A stretch of DNA of 64,000 nt from Balamuthia mandrillaris (taxonomy: Eukaryota). The stretch is taken from assembly GCA_031835245.2 (NCBI GenBank), contig JAVKOQ020000046.1, positions 62,001 through 126,000 of the forward strand, read 5' to 3'. A program made the position numbers and the translations under genes. Shown piece after piece: positions 1-12,004 of the stretch. A model generated the notes under the pieces. The model was not told the DNA's origin and made no database searches. It saw only the letters and a list, made by a program, of their open reading frames with translations. Positions within the stretch are counted from its first letter, which is position 1. Each line of letters begins with the position of its first letter.

Positions 1-702
1 GAGAGATAACAACAAGAAGGAAAAGAAGGACGTCAAGAAACAGAAACCGGAAAAGAAGGCCACCACGAACAAAAAGGAAGAACGGGAGATGGCGCCGAAG
101 AAACAGGAAGAGAAGAAAAAGGAAGGAGAAGGAAAAGAGAAGGAAAAGGAGAAAGAGAAGGAAAAAGAACAGGAAAAGGGAGCCGAAGCCTTAACAGCTG
201 CCACAAACAATATCAATCCTGCCATGTCTCTGCCGACCGAAACCTCCAACACCATTGCTCCTTCCACTCCCTCAACTGCTGTTCTTGCTGATATACATTC
301 TCCCGCAGAACTCCCTAGCAACATTCAGTTTCGTCGTCAAGCACCGGCTGCTCTCGCTCGGGAGAGCGAACAAAGAGAGTACGTTTGTTTTCTGAAAGTG
401 TTTCTGTTCTGTTAAAAGCTGTTCATCTCCGTATGTTACTCATCCTTTTGACGTTTCCTTTCAGAGGTGGCCTCTTGGTTCATCAGCAAAGAGTCTCAGC
501 ACTCATCCAAAAAAACAAAAGGATTCAACAAGAGGCGGTGAGCGCCCAATGCGCAAACGATATCCGCAGCCTTATGGAAACCCTGGAGGCAGAGTTTCTG
601 GAACCTTGGACAGCGCGACGAGTGTTCATTGAACCTGCTGACCTGGCTCTTGTGTTAGAGAGGTACTTGCAAGCTGCCCGAATGTACAATAATTCAAAAT
701 AA
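1..702 (+). CDS. 3' part of an uncharacterised protein (K/E-rich region followed by a short helical C-terminus); probably truncated by the window start
   Basis: The K/E-rich ORF joins the 385..702 ORF in frame through a gtacgt...ttcag intron (~379-464). No family recognised. Confidence 0.55.
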
Positions 703-736
703 CAGTCATCTATGAGCTTTAACCATTCTTGTTTGT

Positions 737-2419
737 TCATTGGTTTCGTTGCTGAAGATGTTGTTTTGGTGTGTCCTCTCTACGAACCCATTCTGTCCAG
801 GAGCCGTCATAAACAGACACATTCTCTTCCTTGCCTAACAAATAGAGCGCCAGCGCTTCGACACACGCGGTTACACCTTTTATTGCAACAAGAAGGATTA
901 ACAAAGAGTGAGTGAAAAAAAAAAGATAACAAGAAAAGCATCTCGTACCACTTCCGCAGCTGCAAACGATATCTTTGCTCAAGTCTATTCCTCTCTTTTC
1001 AAATTCAACTTTCAGCTCGGAAGAATCTTTCAAATAGAGGATGGTCCCTCCTTCAGAAGTTGCTGTTAAAGACAGAAAAAAAGTGAGTCAACTTTGTTGA
1101 TTGGTAATACATTCAGGGTGACTGACTTGAGGGAGTGAAAAGAGCCAACATCGGAAGGGAAACACTGCCTGGGATAGACCCGCTAGGTACATTACGATAG
1201 GCTGGCTGTTGTAATTTTAGTTTTAGTTTTAGTTTTTTTTGAAGGAATGCTCCCTCAGATATTGGAGGAACTGAAGAAGAAGAAGAAGAAGAAGAAGAAG
1301 AAGAAGAAGAAGAAGAAGAAGAAGAAGAAGAAGAAGAAGAAGAACAAGAATAAGAAGAAGAAGAACAAGAAGAAGAAGAAGAAGAAAGAAGAACAAGAAG
1401 AAGAACAAGAAGAAGAACCAGAAGAAGAAGCAGAAGAAGGGAAACCGTACTTCATCTCCTCTTCCGTAGAATCTTTCTTCTTCTCTGGCATCCAGCACTT
1501 GGACGTCGTCTTTGTTCGTCAACAAGGTTAGCATCTGCTCAGCACTACGCACCAACTCAGGACGAAAGGTTGCTTTGTATTTGCCCTATTTTTTCATCAA
1601 CAGAACGTGATGAGTTGAACAACAGAGGTAAAAAAGAAAACAAAAAACTTTCAAGCACAACGGCAAAGCATTACTGAGTTGGAAGCAGAAGAGGAACGAG
1701 CGGGAACGGAAGTAATGTTCTTCGGCCAGTTCTGGAAGCCTCCCTCCAGGATGGACACCTTCTCGTGGCCAAAGATGTAAAAATTCCACCAAACCCTAGC
1801 CGATGCCACCAAGCCTACACCACCATAACACGGTCGCGGTTTAACGCAAGTGTGAAGAAAGAAGGACGGGAGAACAGGAGCAGGAGAGAAGGGAGAGGAA
1901 AAAAAGAGCAGCCAGGAAGAGATGATAGAAGAGAGCAGTGAGAAAGAGAGAAGAGAAAACGAGAGAACGAGAACAAAAGAAGAAAAGAATGAAGCGTATA
2001 GGCACAAAGAAAAGAGAAACGTAAGGAGAGGGGGTATGCGTACGGCCATCGCTGTGGTCGTAGAGAAGAATGTGGTCGTCATTGGTGATATGGTGGGCAT
2101 CCATCCATTCCTCAAACTGTGAGGCGGAACATAGCATGTGAGGGAGAGTGCTGCCTTCCTCCGCTACTTTCTCTATGTCAAAAAAGATGACCCCTGCAAA
2201 CACGCAAAAAGAAGAAAGCATCTCGTCAAAGAAAAGAACGCAAAGATCAGCAGCAGATGTGTAACGCATACCAGGGATCTGAACTTTGTGAGGTGCAGCA
2301 GGGGGCATGAGCCACGTGGCGTCGATGACAACCACCTGGTTAATGTTTTCTTCCACCCACTGGCTGCTCACAAGGAGCTGATGGCGCGGACGGCTGGCGG
2401 CTGGTGTAACGCTCTCCAT
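737..2419 (-). CDS. MPST: 3-mercaptopyruvate sulfurtransferase / two-domain rhodanese (multi-exon)
   Basis: LLVSSQWV, VIDATW, IPG..FFDIE, LPHML, ARVWW..FGHEKVSILEGG, VLDAR..RF.G, active-site loop CGSG|VTAC split by an intron, and C-terminal YDGSWTEW rhodanese signature. Confidence 0.92.
1274..1440. repeat. (GAA)n microsatellite in an MPST intron
   Basis: Long GAA run with gaacaa variants. Confidence 0.95.
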
Positions 2420-2461
2420 AGTTCCTTTTTCTTTTTCTACATTTTTCTCCTCCTCGTGACG

Positions 2462-4101
2462 TCATGGACTTACCATATGAATTGCGATTGGATGGGCATG
2501 TGCAAATTGAGATCGATCCTGTCCTTCCCCCATTGGATGGAGGTTGCCACGTGATCCCTTTACTTCTTTGCCTGGCCTGAGGATGAGGCCCTCATTCTGG
2601 CAGAGAGCTAGTTCGGCTGGGTCAAGAGGACGGGGGAAGAAGTTGAAGGTGACGCGCTCTCCCTCTTGCATCACGAGGCTCACGGCGGCATAGTGGGGTC
2701 CTTGCGTTTGGATGCTCTTCATGTTGTGAATGCCTGTCTAGAGCTCTCCTTACAAATGTCCTGCCGCGTTGCCATTACGAGAATAGACAGAGCAGAGCAA
2801 GAAAAGCAAAACAGCAACGAAACGAAGCTCTGTGGATGTGGACGCGGTCTGCTCTCTCTTGTTCTTCTTTCTGGTCAAGAGAGGGGTGATGCAGGGTGGT
2901 AAGAAAAGCTCAGGAAGAGAAGATGATATAATATCTTCTTTTTTTTTTTCAAGGAAAGAACGAAATTATGCACAAAGAAAGAAAGGGGAGTAACCTCACC
3001 AACAATAGCTGACCACCGTCCAAACAAGCCACCACATGCCGTACATCACCACTGAATTGGCAAATATCGCAATGTCACTGTTCCGGCCATGCCTGTGAAC
3101 AGCAGCCACGCATTCCTTGTTCTGGGAGTAAATTGTGAAGGCCAAGCCGGCCAGCGCAAAGAGCCCCCAGTAACACAGCTGAAGCAGTCCCATGAAGAAC
3201 AACCTCACAGAAGCAGAAACGAATCTATGAGGATTGGTGTCTTGTGGTAGCTGAAGTTGGTGAAGCACAGATGAAGAAGAAGCAGAAGGAGGAAGAAGCT
3301 CGTTGTAGTAGTAGAGTTGGTCAAAGGAGAGAGCGCCGTGGAAGGAGTAGAGGAAGGCAAGGAAGCAAAGAAGAAGGAAAACATTGAGGAGGCGGTATCT
3401 TCTGAACACCATGTAATGCACGATGAAGAGGCCCACAGCGAGCAGAGCCAACAACCAGCGAGCAATATTCCATGTCCAACGCAAGCATGTAACCCAAAGC
3501 GTCTCTGCGTAACGCAACTCTTGCAGCAGTCGCTCCTCTTGCGTTAGTACTCTTGGATGTTGAATATTGGGTTTGTCATTGTTACTGTGCAGAGTAGAGT
3601 TGTTGCTGTTTGCTGTTGGGGTGGTAGTAGTAGAAGAAGAAGAAGAAGAAGAAGAGGAGAAGAAGAGAACCACCATACGAAGGCCGCAACGATACAAGTA
3701 AGGGCAACGAATAGAAAGAGGTTTCGTCTTCTATTATAAGGAGAGCTGCACATGCAAAGGCCGATGGACGAAGCGATGTAGAGTGCTAACGGCAAGCCCA
3801 AGAATTCTGCTGAAGTACTGCTGGCTTTATTTTTGCTGCTGACGTTGAAAGAGGAAGAGAACCAGGAGGTAGCGAAGCCCAACACCAAGAACGCGAGGAA
3901 GGAGAAAAAGAGGTTGCGGCCTCGGTGGCGCCGTGGACTGAGGCAGACAAAAACCGCAGAGGTGAGAAACAGAAGCGCAAAGGGAACGAACAACGGCTGT
4001 CCTGCAACCGGTTCAAAGTGGTCGTGGTAGCTGTCGTTGTTGCCGAAGCTGCTGCCGCCGGGCGGAGAGAGCAACTGCTCAAGGCCAGCCCTGTCGACCA
4101 T
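2462..4101 (-). CDS. Uncharacterised multi-pass membrane protein; 3' exons uncertain
   Basis: ORFs 3544..4188 and 2996..3697 carry many hydrophobic helices and join through a gt...caaacag intron (~3670-3606). There is a gtgag donor at ~2999, and ORF 2462..2722 is a possible last exon. Confidence 0.5.
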
Positions 4102-4402
4102 TGTTCCTCTCTGATGGGACACACGACAATGAAGGGGGTCCTTTTTTTTTGCTGCGTAACAGTGCAATTTTTCTCGATATTTAGCCAAAATTATCGAAAA
4201 ATGAGGATTTTTTCATAGAATATCGACGATAGTTGACCGAGACTCGGTTACCAGAAATATTAGCTATAAAGCTTCGGTGAAATGAACTTCCGGGAAAGAA
4301 GCTAAGGCTTGTCTCCTCCCGCAACAAGCCTGTTGGCAAAACAAAAAGAACAAGTGGGTCAAGGTTGATCAAGCATAGTAAGAGAGCTCTTCGTCGTGAA
4401 AT

Positions 4403-5849
4403 ATGTCTGAGAACAGCGACTTATTGGCGGCTGCATTCTCCAAGGTGATGGGAGATGCGCATAACATCCTCTCCATGAAGGACTTTACGGATACTTCTGG
4501 CCGTCCAGCCGTATGTCCAGTCTCCTCTTTGGTGTTGTTTTTTTTTTTTCTCTCTTACCTCACACTCTCTTCCAAAGGGGCCTGGAGACAGCTTTGACTT
4601 GCTCGCTTGCCACGAGCAATTTTTCATGAGTGGCCCGGTGGGAGCCGCTGAGGCCTCCTCTTCTTCTTCCTCCTCCTCGTACTCTTCCTACTACTCTTCC
4701 GAGGAGTTGGCAGGAGGCAGCATGCCCCTCTTCGCCAAGACCCTCACCGGCAAGACCATAACCCTCTCCGTGGACTCCTCCGACACCATCGAGGTGGTCA
4801 AGCTGAAAATACAGGACAAGGAGGGCATTCCCCCCGACCAACAACGCCTCATCTTTGCCGGCATGCAGCTGGAAGACGGGAGGACCCTGGCTGACTACAA
4901 TATTCAGAAGGAGAGCACCATTCACCTGGTGCTAAGGCTGAGGGGAGGGGGCTGCCCCACCTCCGTCGTGGACCAACGCCTGCTGGACCCCCAGTACGAC
5001 TTTGACTTTACCCACCTGAGGGACGACGGCACCGAGTACCGCCGTGGCCGCTTCGTCTATCGTCGCCCTTACGGATGGCAACGCATTGCGCTGAGGGTGA
5101 AAGGCAAGTATGGCCGCAGAGGGTCGGGCGATGAGGACGATGGTTGGTTGGGCTCTGGAGGGCACAGGACGCACTCTGACTCGGGAGAGTGGCCGGTGGC
5201 TTACCACGGTACGGCCAGGCACAACGCTCACTCCATCGCCGAGGATGGCTTCTTGTTGAGCAAGGGCCAGCGCTTCCTCTTTGGCAGAGGCATCTACTGC
5301 ACGCCTGACGTCGATGTGGCCGCTCTCTACGCCCAGCAGTTCACCTACAAGGGAGCGACGTACCAGATCGTCTTTCAGAACAGAGTCTGCCCTGACTCGT
5401 TGGTAAGGATTGAGAAGGAGCAGACTGGAGTTGGGGAGTATTGGGTAGTAGGCGAGGAGAAGCACATTCGTCCTTATGGCATTCTCATCCGCAAAGTATC
5501 TTCTTCTACTTCTACTACTTCCACTACTTCCACTTCCTATTCTGTGTCTTCTACTACTTCGACTACCACAACTTCCACTACCACTACTTCTTCGACTACC
5601 AGCTCTAGTGGAGGACAGACTTATTGGCAATGGCGTGATGATGCTTGTTGGAGGGACTATGCTGCTGATGTGAGCGACGCTTTGGAACAAGCAGTCTCCT
5701 CTGGAGCGAATACCTACACCCACACGGTAGGCTCCACCACCTACGTTATCGACTGTCTCAACAAAACGCAAACAAACCAAAGAACGGGCTACCAACGCGC
5801 TGTTCGTCCTCCTCTTCCCGCTTCGCCCTCTTCCACTTCTTCCTCCTGA
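4403..5849 (+). CDS. Ubiquitin + ADP-ribosyltransferase (PARP-like H-Y-E) + Ser/Thr linker + WWE domain fusion protein
   Basis: Exon 1 4403-4510 (36 codons), intron 4511-4577 (gtatgt...aag), in frame with the 4599 ORF. Near-canonical ubiquitin ending LRLRGG; ART motifs [38 protein letters not shown] pattern WQWRDD..WRDY...LE...YVID....QTN.RTG..RAVR. Confidence 0.85.
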
Positions 5850-6032
5850 TACTTGCCGCATCTTTTTACAATAATTTGTGATATTTCCAAAATGTTAAAT
5901 AATTACAGAATCTTTGATTTTTGAGTGGTAGATCTAGATCTTCTTTGATTTTCATTGGGTAGCCAAATGAAATATTCACTGAAAAACAATGATAATTGAA
6001 AAAACGAACGAAAATCGCAAAAGAAAAGAAGA

Positions 6033-7533
6033 ATGAAGCAAGAAGAGAACGAAGAGACATTATACAACCAAGTGAAACAATTTGCCGAAGAATGGACTCA
6101 AGAAGAACGTGACTTGTATTCTTCCAACTCCTCCACAAGGAACAGCTGGAAGACTTTCACTTGGGACGAGCCTCTCACGCGACAACAACGCAGCTTGATA
6201 CACGACTGGGCTGAAAAGTTTGGCATTCACCATTTCTCTTCCGGCAATAGAAAGAACAGAAGGATCAGCATCAGGGCTCCGTTTCATGGGTTGCCGCAAG
6301 CACGCTTTGACTCGTCGCTTAAACGCTGGACTCACAGTTTTGTTTCTTTCTTTCTTGTCGTTTCTCTCTCTCTCTCTCTCGTTTGTTTGGAGTTTTAGTT
6401 TGTGCTAACAATAAAAAAAAGTCTCAGTGAGCTCTTTAGAAGAGGAATATGCCAATGCAGCACTGCATAAGGACAAGTTTGTGGTGGCCTCATTTAACGT
6501 CCTTTTTGATATCAACATGGGAGGAGACTATGACCTGGCTGCTCTGCTTTACACCGAACAACGAAGACCTCATATTTTCTCTCTTTTAGGTTTCTTTTTT
6601 CTTTTTCTTTTTTTGCTTTCTTCTTGTTCTTGTACTTCTTCATCTTCTTGTTCTTCCTTTTCTTCTTCTTCTTCTTCTTGTTCTTCTTCTTCTTCTTCTT
6701 CTTCTTCTTCTTGTACTTCTTCTTCTTGTTCTTCTTCTTCTTGTTCTTCTTCTTCTTCTTCTTGTTCTTCTTCTTCTTCTTGTTCTTCTTCTTCTTCTTC
6801 TTGTTCTTCTTGTTCTTCTTGTTCTTCTTCTTCCTTCCTTCCTTCCTTCCTTCCTTCCTTCCTTCCTTCCTTCCTTCCTTCCTTCCTTCCTTCCTTCCTT
6901 CCTTTTTCTTATGTTTATTATCTCAACATAGAAAAGACTGAGGCTGATGTCATAGCATTACAGGAAGTCACCCCCGAGTTTCATAAACTTTTATTAGAAC
7001 AACCTTGGTTCGTTGTGCTCGTTTGTTGGTTTTCTTTCCTGCTTTCTTATCTTTAAAAAAAATAGGATAAAAGATCGGTATTTTGTGTCAGATATAACAG
7101 GATGGACGGTAACGCCAACTGGAAACTTGCTTCTCTCAACGTTTCCTTTTCGTCGACTATGTATTCGTGTATATTCTCCTCCTGATCGAAAATCTATGTT
7201 ACTAGGAGGTACGTTATTGCTCTTCTTCTTTTTCTTCACCCTTATGCTTTGTCTTGTTAACGACTCTCAAAACAACAGAAGTGCGCATACGTCCAAAAGA
7301 ACGAAACAAAGAAGCAAAGACTTTATCCATAGCAGCTGTTCACTGGAAAGCTGGAAAACAAGATACATTCGCACCCATTCGGGCGATGGAAATACATGAA
7401 ACGATCTGTTTTCAACGGGCAGGACTTCTTGCTTCCTCTTATCCAGTACCAGAAAACACAGTAAAAGCAACAGAAGGAGAGGCAAGCGAAGCGAAAGAAA
7501 ACACAGCTGGAGGAGGAGGAGGAGAAGAAGAAG

Positions 7534-7588
<55 letters not shown>

Positions 7589-8183
7589 CACAATAGTGGG
7601 AAATGAAAAAGAAGAAGACAAATGGCCAAAAGACAAAGTCGTTTTGTTGATAGGAGATTGTAACTTTAAGAGGGACGAATGTCATGAGGAGCTGGAGGAA
7701 CATTACGACGATGCTTGGGTGAGGCTTCATCCGGATGATGCTGGGTACACATATGACCTTGACAAGAACCCTATTGCTAGTCTCGTTTCCAACACAGTTA
7801 CACAAGGTTCGGTTGTGTTCCTTTATAGTCTCTTTATTGTACTTTTCTTTTTCTTTTTCTGCTTCGGTCTGAAGCAATTCTTATTTTTCTTCTTTTTTGT
7901 ATCGTTATTGTTTTTCTCTTCTTTTTTTAAAAAATAACAACCGTATGTAAAAACAGTAAAGGGTACGACAGGAACGAGTTGTCGCTTCGATCGTATTTTG
8001 TTGGGCAAACGTAAAAACAAAGAAGAGAATGCAGCCACTCGCACCTTCGAGCCGCTTTCGATCGAAATGTTAGGCACCGAGCCCGTTTTCTTTGTTCCCG
8101 ATGAGGAAGACCCCCAAAAGCAACGAGCCATCTTTGCCAGCGACCACTTTGGCCTACGCGCCGGCTTCTCCTCTCTTGCATGA
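6033..8183 (+). CDS. R3H domain + endonuclease/exonuclease/phosphatase (EEP, TDP2-like) protein
   Basis: R3H: LTRQQRSLIHDWAEKFGIHHFSSG. EEP motifs across exons: SFNVLF, DVIALQEV, GNLLLS, AVHW, LIGDCNF, DAW..LHP..GYTYD, RFDRIL, SDHFGL. Confidence 0.82.
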
Positions 8184-8443
8184 AACCCAAACATCACCAA
8201 ACAAATAAATAAATAAAACAATAAAAAATAAAAAACAAAAAAAGAGCAACTTGTGCAGAAAAGAGTGACGATTACTGCAGCTGTTGTGCAGCAGAGGTGC
8301 TCGAACAGCGCAACAATTTCTTTCAATTTTCGTCCAGTTTTCTGCTTTATAAAAAAGAAAAATTAAGAAAGATTAAATTTATTTTTTTTGGTGGTCGTTG
8401 TGTCCTTCTTTTCAACAGTAGTAAGCTTTCGTTCTGGAGACCA

Positions 8444-10157
8444 ATGGGGAGCAGCACGCCAACAGTAGCAGAGGGTCAGCACCAAAGCATGCAGCATCCA
8501 ATGTATTATAGGGTGCCTTCACCGTTGAAAGAGGTCCATGGCGCCATTGCGAACTCGGATACCCTGCGCTCCTTGACTGCTGGGGCTGTTGCTGGTTCCT
8601 TCCTTCTTCTCCTTACTTCTCGCTTCCTCTTGACCTCTTGCTTCATTTTCGTTCTTCTTCCTTTTCTTCATGCTTCGTCGTTTTCTCCTTCACCTTCTTC
8701 TCCTTCTTTTCCTTCTTCTCCTTCTTTCTACTTCCTCTTCTTCTCCTTTCTCCTTTCTCCTTGTTCTCCTTTCTCCTTTCTCCTTCTCCTTGTTCTCCTT
8801 CTCCTTCTCCTTCCTCCTTCCTCCTTCCTCCTTCCTCCTTCCTCCTTCCTTTCCTTCTTCCCCTTCCTCCTTCCTCTTCCTCCTTCCTCCTTCCTCCTTC
8901 CTCCTTCCTCCTTCCTCCTTCCTCCTTCCTCCTTCCTCCTTCCTTTCCTCCTTCCTCCTTCCTCCTTCCTCCTTTCCTTCCTTTCCTTCCCCTCCTTCCT
9001 CCTTCCTCCTTCCTCCTTCCTCCTTCCTCCTTCCTCCTTCCTCCTTCCTCCTTCCTTTCCTCCTTCCTTCCTCTCCTCCTTCTCCTTTCCTTCTCCTTTC
9101 TCTCCTTGTTCTCCTTCTCCTTCTCCGTCCTCCTCCTGCTCTCCTGTTTAACCCAACCTCAACAAAATAAAAGGTATGTTAGAGCGAATATTAAGCTACC
9201 CGATAGAGACCAGCAAGGTGAAGCTCCAAAACACCAACATCTCTCTCTCCGCTTTCTCCCTGCTGTACTCTCAAACGCTGCGTGAGGGAGGCATGCTGTC
9301 CTTCTACAGAGGCTTCTTGCCCTCCGTCTTTGCCCGCTCCTTTCAGCACTCTCTTCGTTTTGGCATCACACAGGCTAACAGCCGGTTGTTACCTCATTCC
9401 TCAAATAGGGCAACGAACCAGTTGCTTGGCGGTATCGTCTAGCCTTTCCACGTCCTTCTTCCTCTTTGCTACTCCTTCTTCTCTCCGCTCCTCTGTTTCT
9501 TCCTATATGGATGATCTTTCAACCCAGCTCACTGGGTTTGGAACAGGAATGATAGCAGGAGTGGTGGATTCTCTGGTGATGAGTCCATTCGAGACGGTCA
9601 AGACAAGGACGCAAGCCACCGGGCGACGATTTAGAACCGTTGCTGTGGAGTTATACCATGAGGATGGAGTCCATGCATACTATAGGGGAATCACCGCAAC
9701 CATCCTCCGTCAAACTGCAAACTTGGGTCTGCGCTTCAGCCTCTTTGCTTACTTTGAACAGTCGCTCTCACGTTTGCAACGACATTCTTCAACAACAAAC
9801 ACAACAACATTGTCATCCACTCCTCCTCGTTGGCATTCGTTTGTGGCAGGGGCATTGGCAGGAGCAGTAAGCGCTTACTTTACCAATCCATTCGACCTCG
9901 TTAAAACTCGTGTACAGGCAACAACAACAACCCCTTCATCTTCCACTTTTTCCCAAGTTGCAGAGCGCAAACGTGGAAATAAGGTGATGAGCATTCGGGA
10001 GGCTGTGAAGATGATCGATGGACAAAAGGGAGGCCACCGATGGCAGAAATGGTTTAGAGGGGCGTGGACCAGGGTTCTTCAACAAACGCCCAGCGTGGCC
10101 GTCAGCTTCTTTCTCTATCGCTCCATCGAGGCGTTCTTCACGCCCGCAAAAACCTGA
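8444..10157 (+). CDS. Mitochondrial carrier (SLC25) family protein
   Basis: Three Px[DE]xx[KR] signatures (YPIETSKVK, SPFETVKTR, NPFDLVKTR) and GxxxFYRG/YYRG/WFRG repeats; two introns. Confidence 0.9.
8690..9145. repeat. CT-only low-complexity/minisatellite (cttcctc-type units) in an SLC25 intron
   Basis: Almost purine-free repeated units. Confidence 0.9.
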
Positions 10158-10185
10158 TAATAAATGAGAAAAGTTTTTTATGTAT

Positions 10186-10310
10186 AGATAGATACGAGAT
10201 AAGCCACGAGATTAGACAAGAGAGAGGACATGAGCCTGGATAAGAGCCTGGACATGAGAGCGGAATTTAAGGTAGACACGAGGCATATATTAAGGTAGAC
10301 ATGAGAGAGG
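10186..10310. repeat. Degenerate ~12-bp tandem repeat in an intergenic/promoter region
   Basis: Units such as tagatacgagat, aagccacgagat, tagacaagagag, aggacatgagcc, tggataagagcc, tggacatgagag, tagacacgaggc, tagacatgagag. Confidence 0.6.
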
Positions 10311-10336
10311 AACAAAAAAAAGAGAAAGAAAAAAAA

Positions 10337-11830
10337 ATGATGGATGATGAGAGAAGCGGCTTGCCGCCGACTTTTGTGGAAGGCTTTCACGACCTGGAAG
10401 CCGTTCGACGCATGGAGTATCGCCGTTTGGGCTCCACGCCTTTCCTCGTGTCCATCATGTCGCTGGGCGCTTCCGCTCTGGGCAACCTCTACGGAGGGGA
10501 GACCAACGAGGAAGAAGCCGTTCAGATGGTTGTTAAAGCCGTCAAATCAGGTTTCTTTTTTTTTTTTTCCCCCTTTTGATCTCTCCTTTTTTTTTCTTCT
10601 TAAGTGTTGACCTCGCTGCAAACTTTTTTCATGTTTTTCTTATTTTTTTCATTTTATTTTTATTATATTTCAAAGGTATAAACTTGATAGACGTGGCGCC
10701 ATGGTACGGCTTCACCAAAGCGGAGAGCGTGCTGGGCAAGGCGCTGCAGCAGATCCCGAGGGAGGCCTACTACCTCAGCTCCAAGGTGGGCCGCTACCGG
10801 CCGGAGGTGCTGCAGATGTTCGACTTCTCCTACGAACGAACGGTGGAGAGCGTCAGCGAAAGCTTGGCAAGGCTTCATGTGGACAAATTGGACATTGTTA
10901 TTGTATGCTTCTTATGCTTTCTGTTCTCCTGTTTATTTCCGTTCTCCTTCTTTTTTTCCTTCTGTTATTCTTTTTCTTTATTTTTCTTTCTTCTTTCTTC
11001 TTCTTTCTTCCTTCTTCTTTATGCTTTTTTTCTTTTGCTCACTTTGAATCATTACTATGCATGAACATGAACAAAAGGTCCATGATATCGAGTTTTGCGC
11101 TGACGTGAACATCATCCACAACGAGACCATACCGGCGTTGCTTCACCTCCGCCAACAGCAAAAGGTGGACAAGATCGGCATCAGCGGGTATCCCTTGGAT
11201 CGCTTCATCCAGTTCATTCAACACTACGAACACTCTTCTTGTTCTTCTCAAGCAGAAGAAGCCAAAAAGTTTCAGTTGGACTTAGTTCTCAGCTACTGTC
11301 GGTGCATCCTTTCGGACACAAGTCTGCTCGACCAGCTTCCTTTCTTCAAACAGCACAACATCGGAGTGATCAACGCCTCTCCCATCGGCATGGGTCTCTT
11401 CACAGAGAGAGGTCCTCCCGTTTGGCATCCAGCAAAAGCTTCGTTGAAAGCAGTGGCGAAAGAGGCGGTGGAGGAGTGCAAGAAAGAAGGAGAAGAGGTG
11501 AAACTTCCAAAGCTTGCGCTCTACTTTACGCTCTCTCGCTCCGAGTTAACCACGACACTTGTGAGTTGTGAGACGGTGGCTCAACTGCAGGACAATCTCG
11601 ATCTTTGTTGGTTTGTAGTGAGAGAGAACAGAACGAAAAAGGAAGAAGGAAGAGAAATGGAAGAGGAAGAGGGTCAAGTGTTCACGAAGAAGGACAGAAG
11701 AGTGTTACAGTTGTTGAGAGAAAACTATTTTGAGCCTTTAGGCAACTGTCATTGGGAAGGAGAAGAGCTGCAAAAGTATAGAACCAAGTTCGAGAAAGCG
11801 CTCAAAGAGAAAGAAGACAAAGCAGAATGA
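10337..11830 (+). CDS. Aldo-keto reductase, L-galactose/D-arabinose dehydrogenase-like
   Basis: MEYRRLG.T...VS.MSLGAS, GINLIDVAPWYG, LSSKVGRY, FDFS.ER..SV.ESL.RL, VHDIEF, IGISGYPL, INASP.GMGL; two introns. Confidence 0.88.
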
Positions 11831-12004
11831 AACAACAACAAGAACGAGAAGAAGAGAAGAGTTCCTCTTCTTCTCAAATATTATATTTTCTGGCTTTCGT
11901 TGTAAAGCACGATAACATCTTCTCTCATTGGACTCCTTCTTTTGAAGAGTCGGTTTAAAAGTACAACAGTAAGGCGAGCGCGTGTCACTGTGTTGAGCTG
12001 TTAC

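Noticed and set aside
3544..3697. Apparent frameshift between two overlapping minus-strand membrane-protein ORFs
   Set aside because: A phase-compatible gt...caaacag intron over the CTT tract joins them normally.
4932..5861. 309-aa antisense ORF over the ART gene
   Set aside because: Explained by GC-rich codon usage on the opposite strand; no recognisable motifs.
8297..9285. Overlapping ORFs with LLPPSSF repeats, and similar ORFs at 1229-1555, 17693-18719 and 48657-49460
   Set aside because: Stop-free translation of intronic microsatellites.
10186..10310. CRISPR-like array
   Set aside because: Units are 12 bp, contiguous and degenerate with no spacers; the context is eukaryotic with no cas genes.
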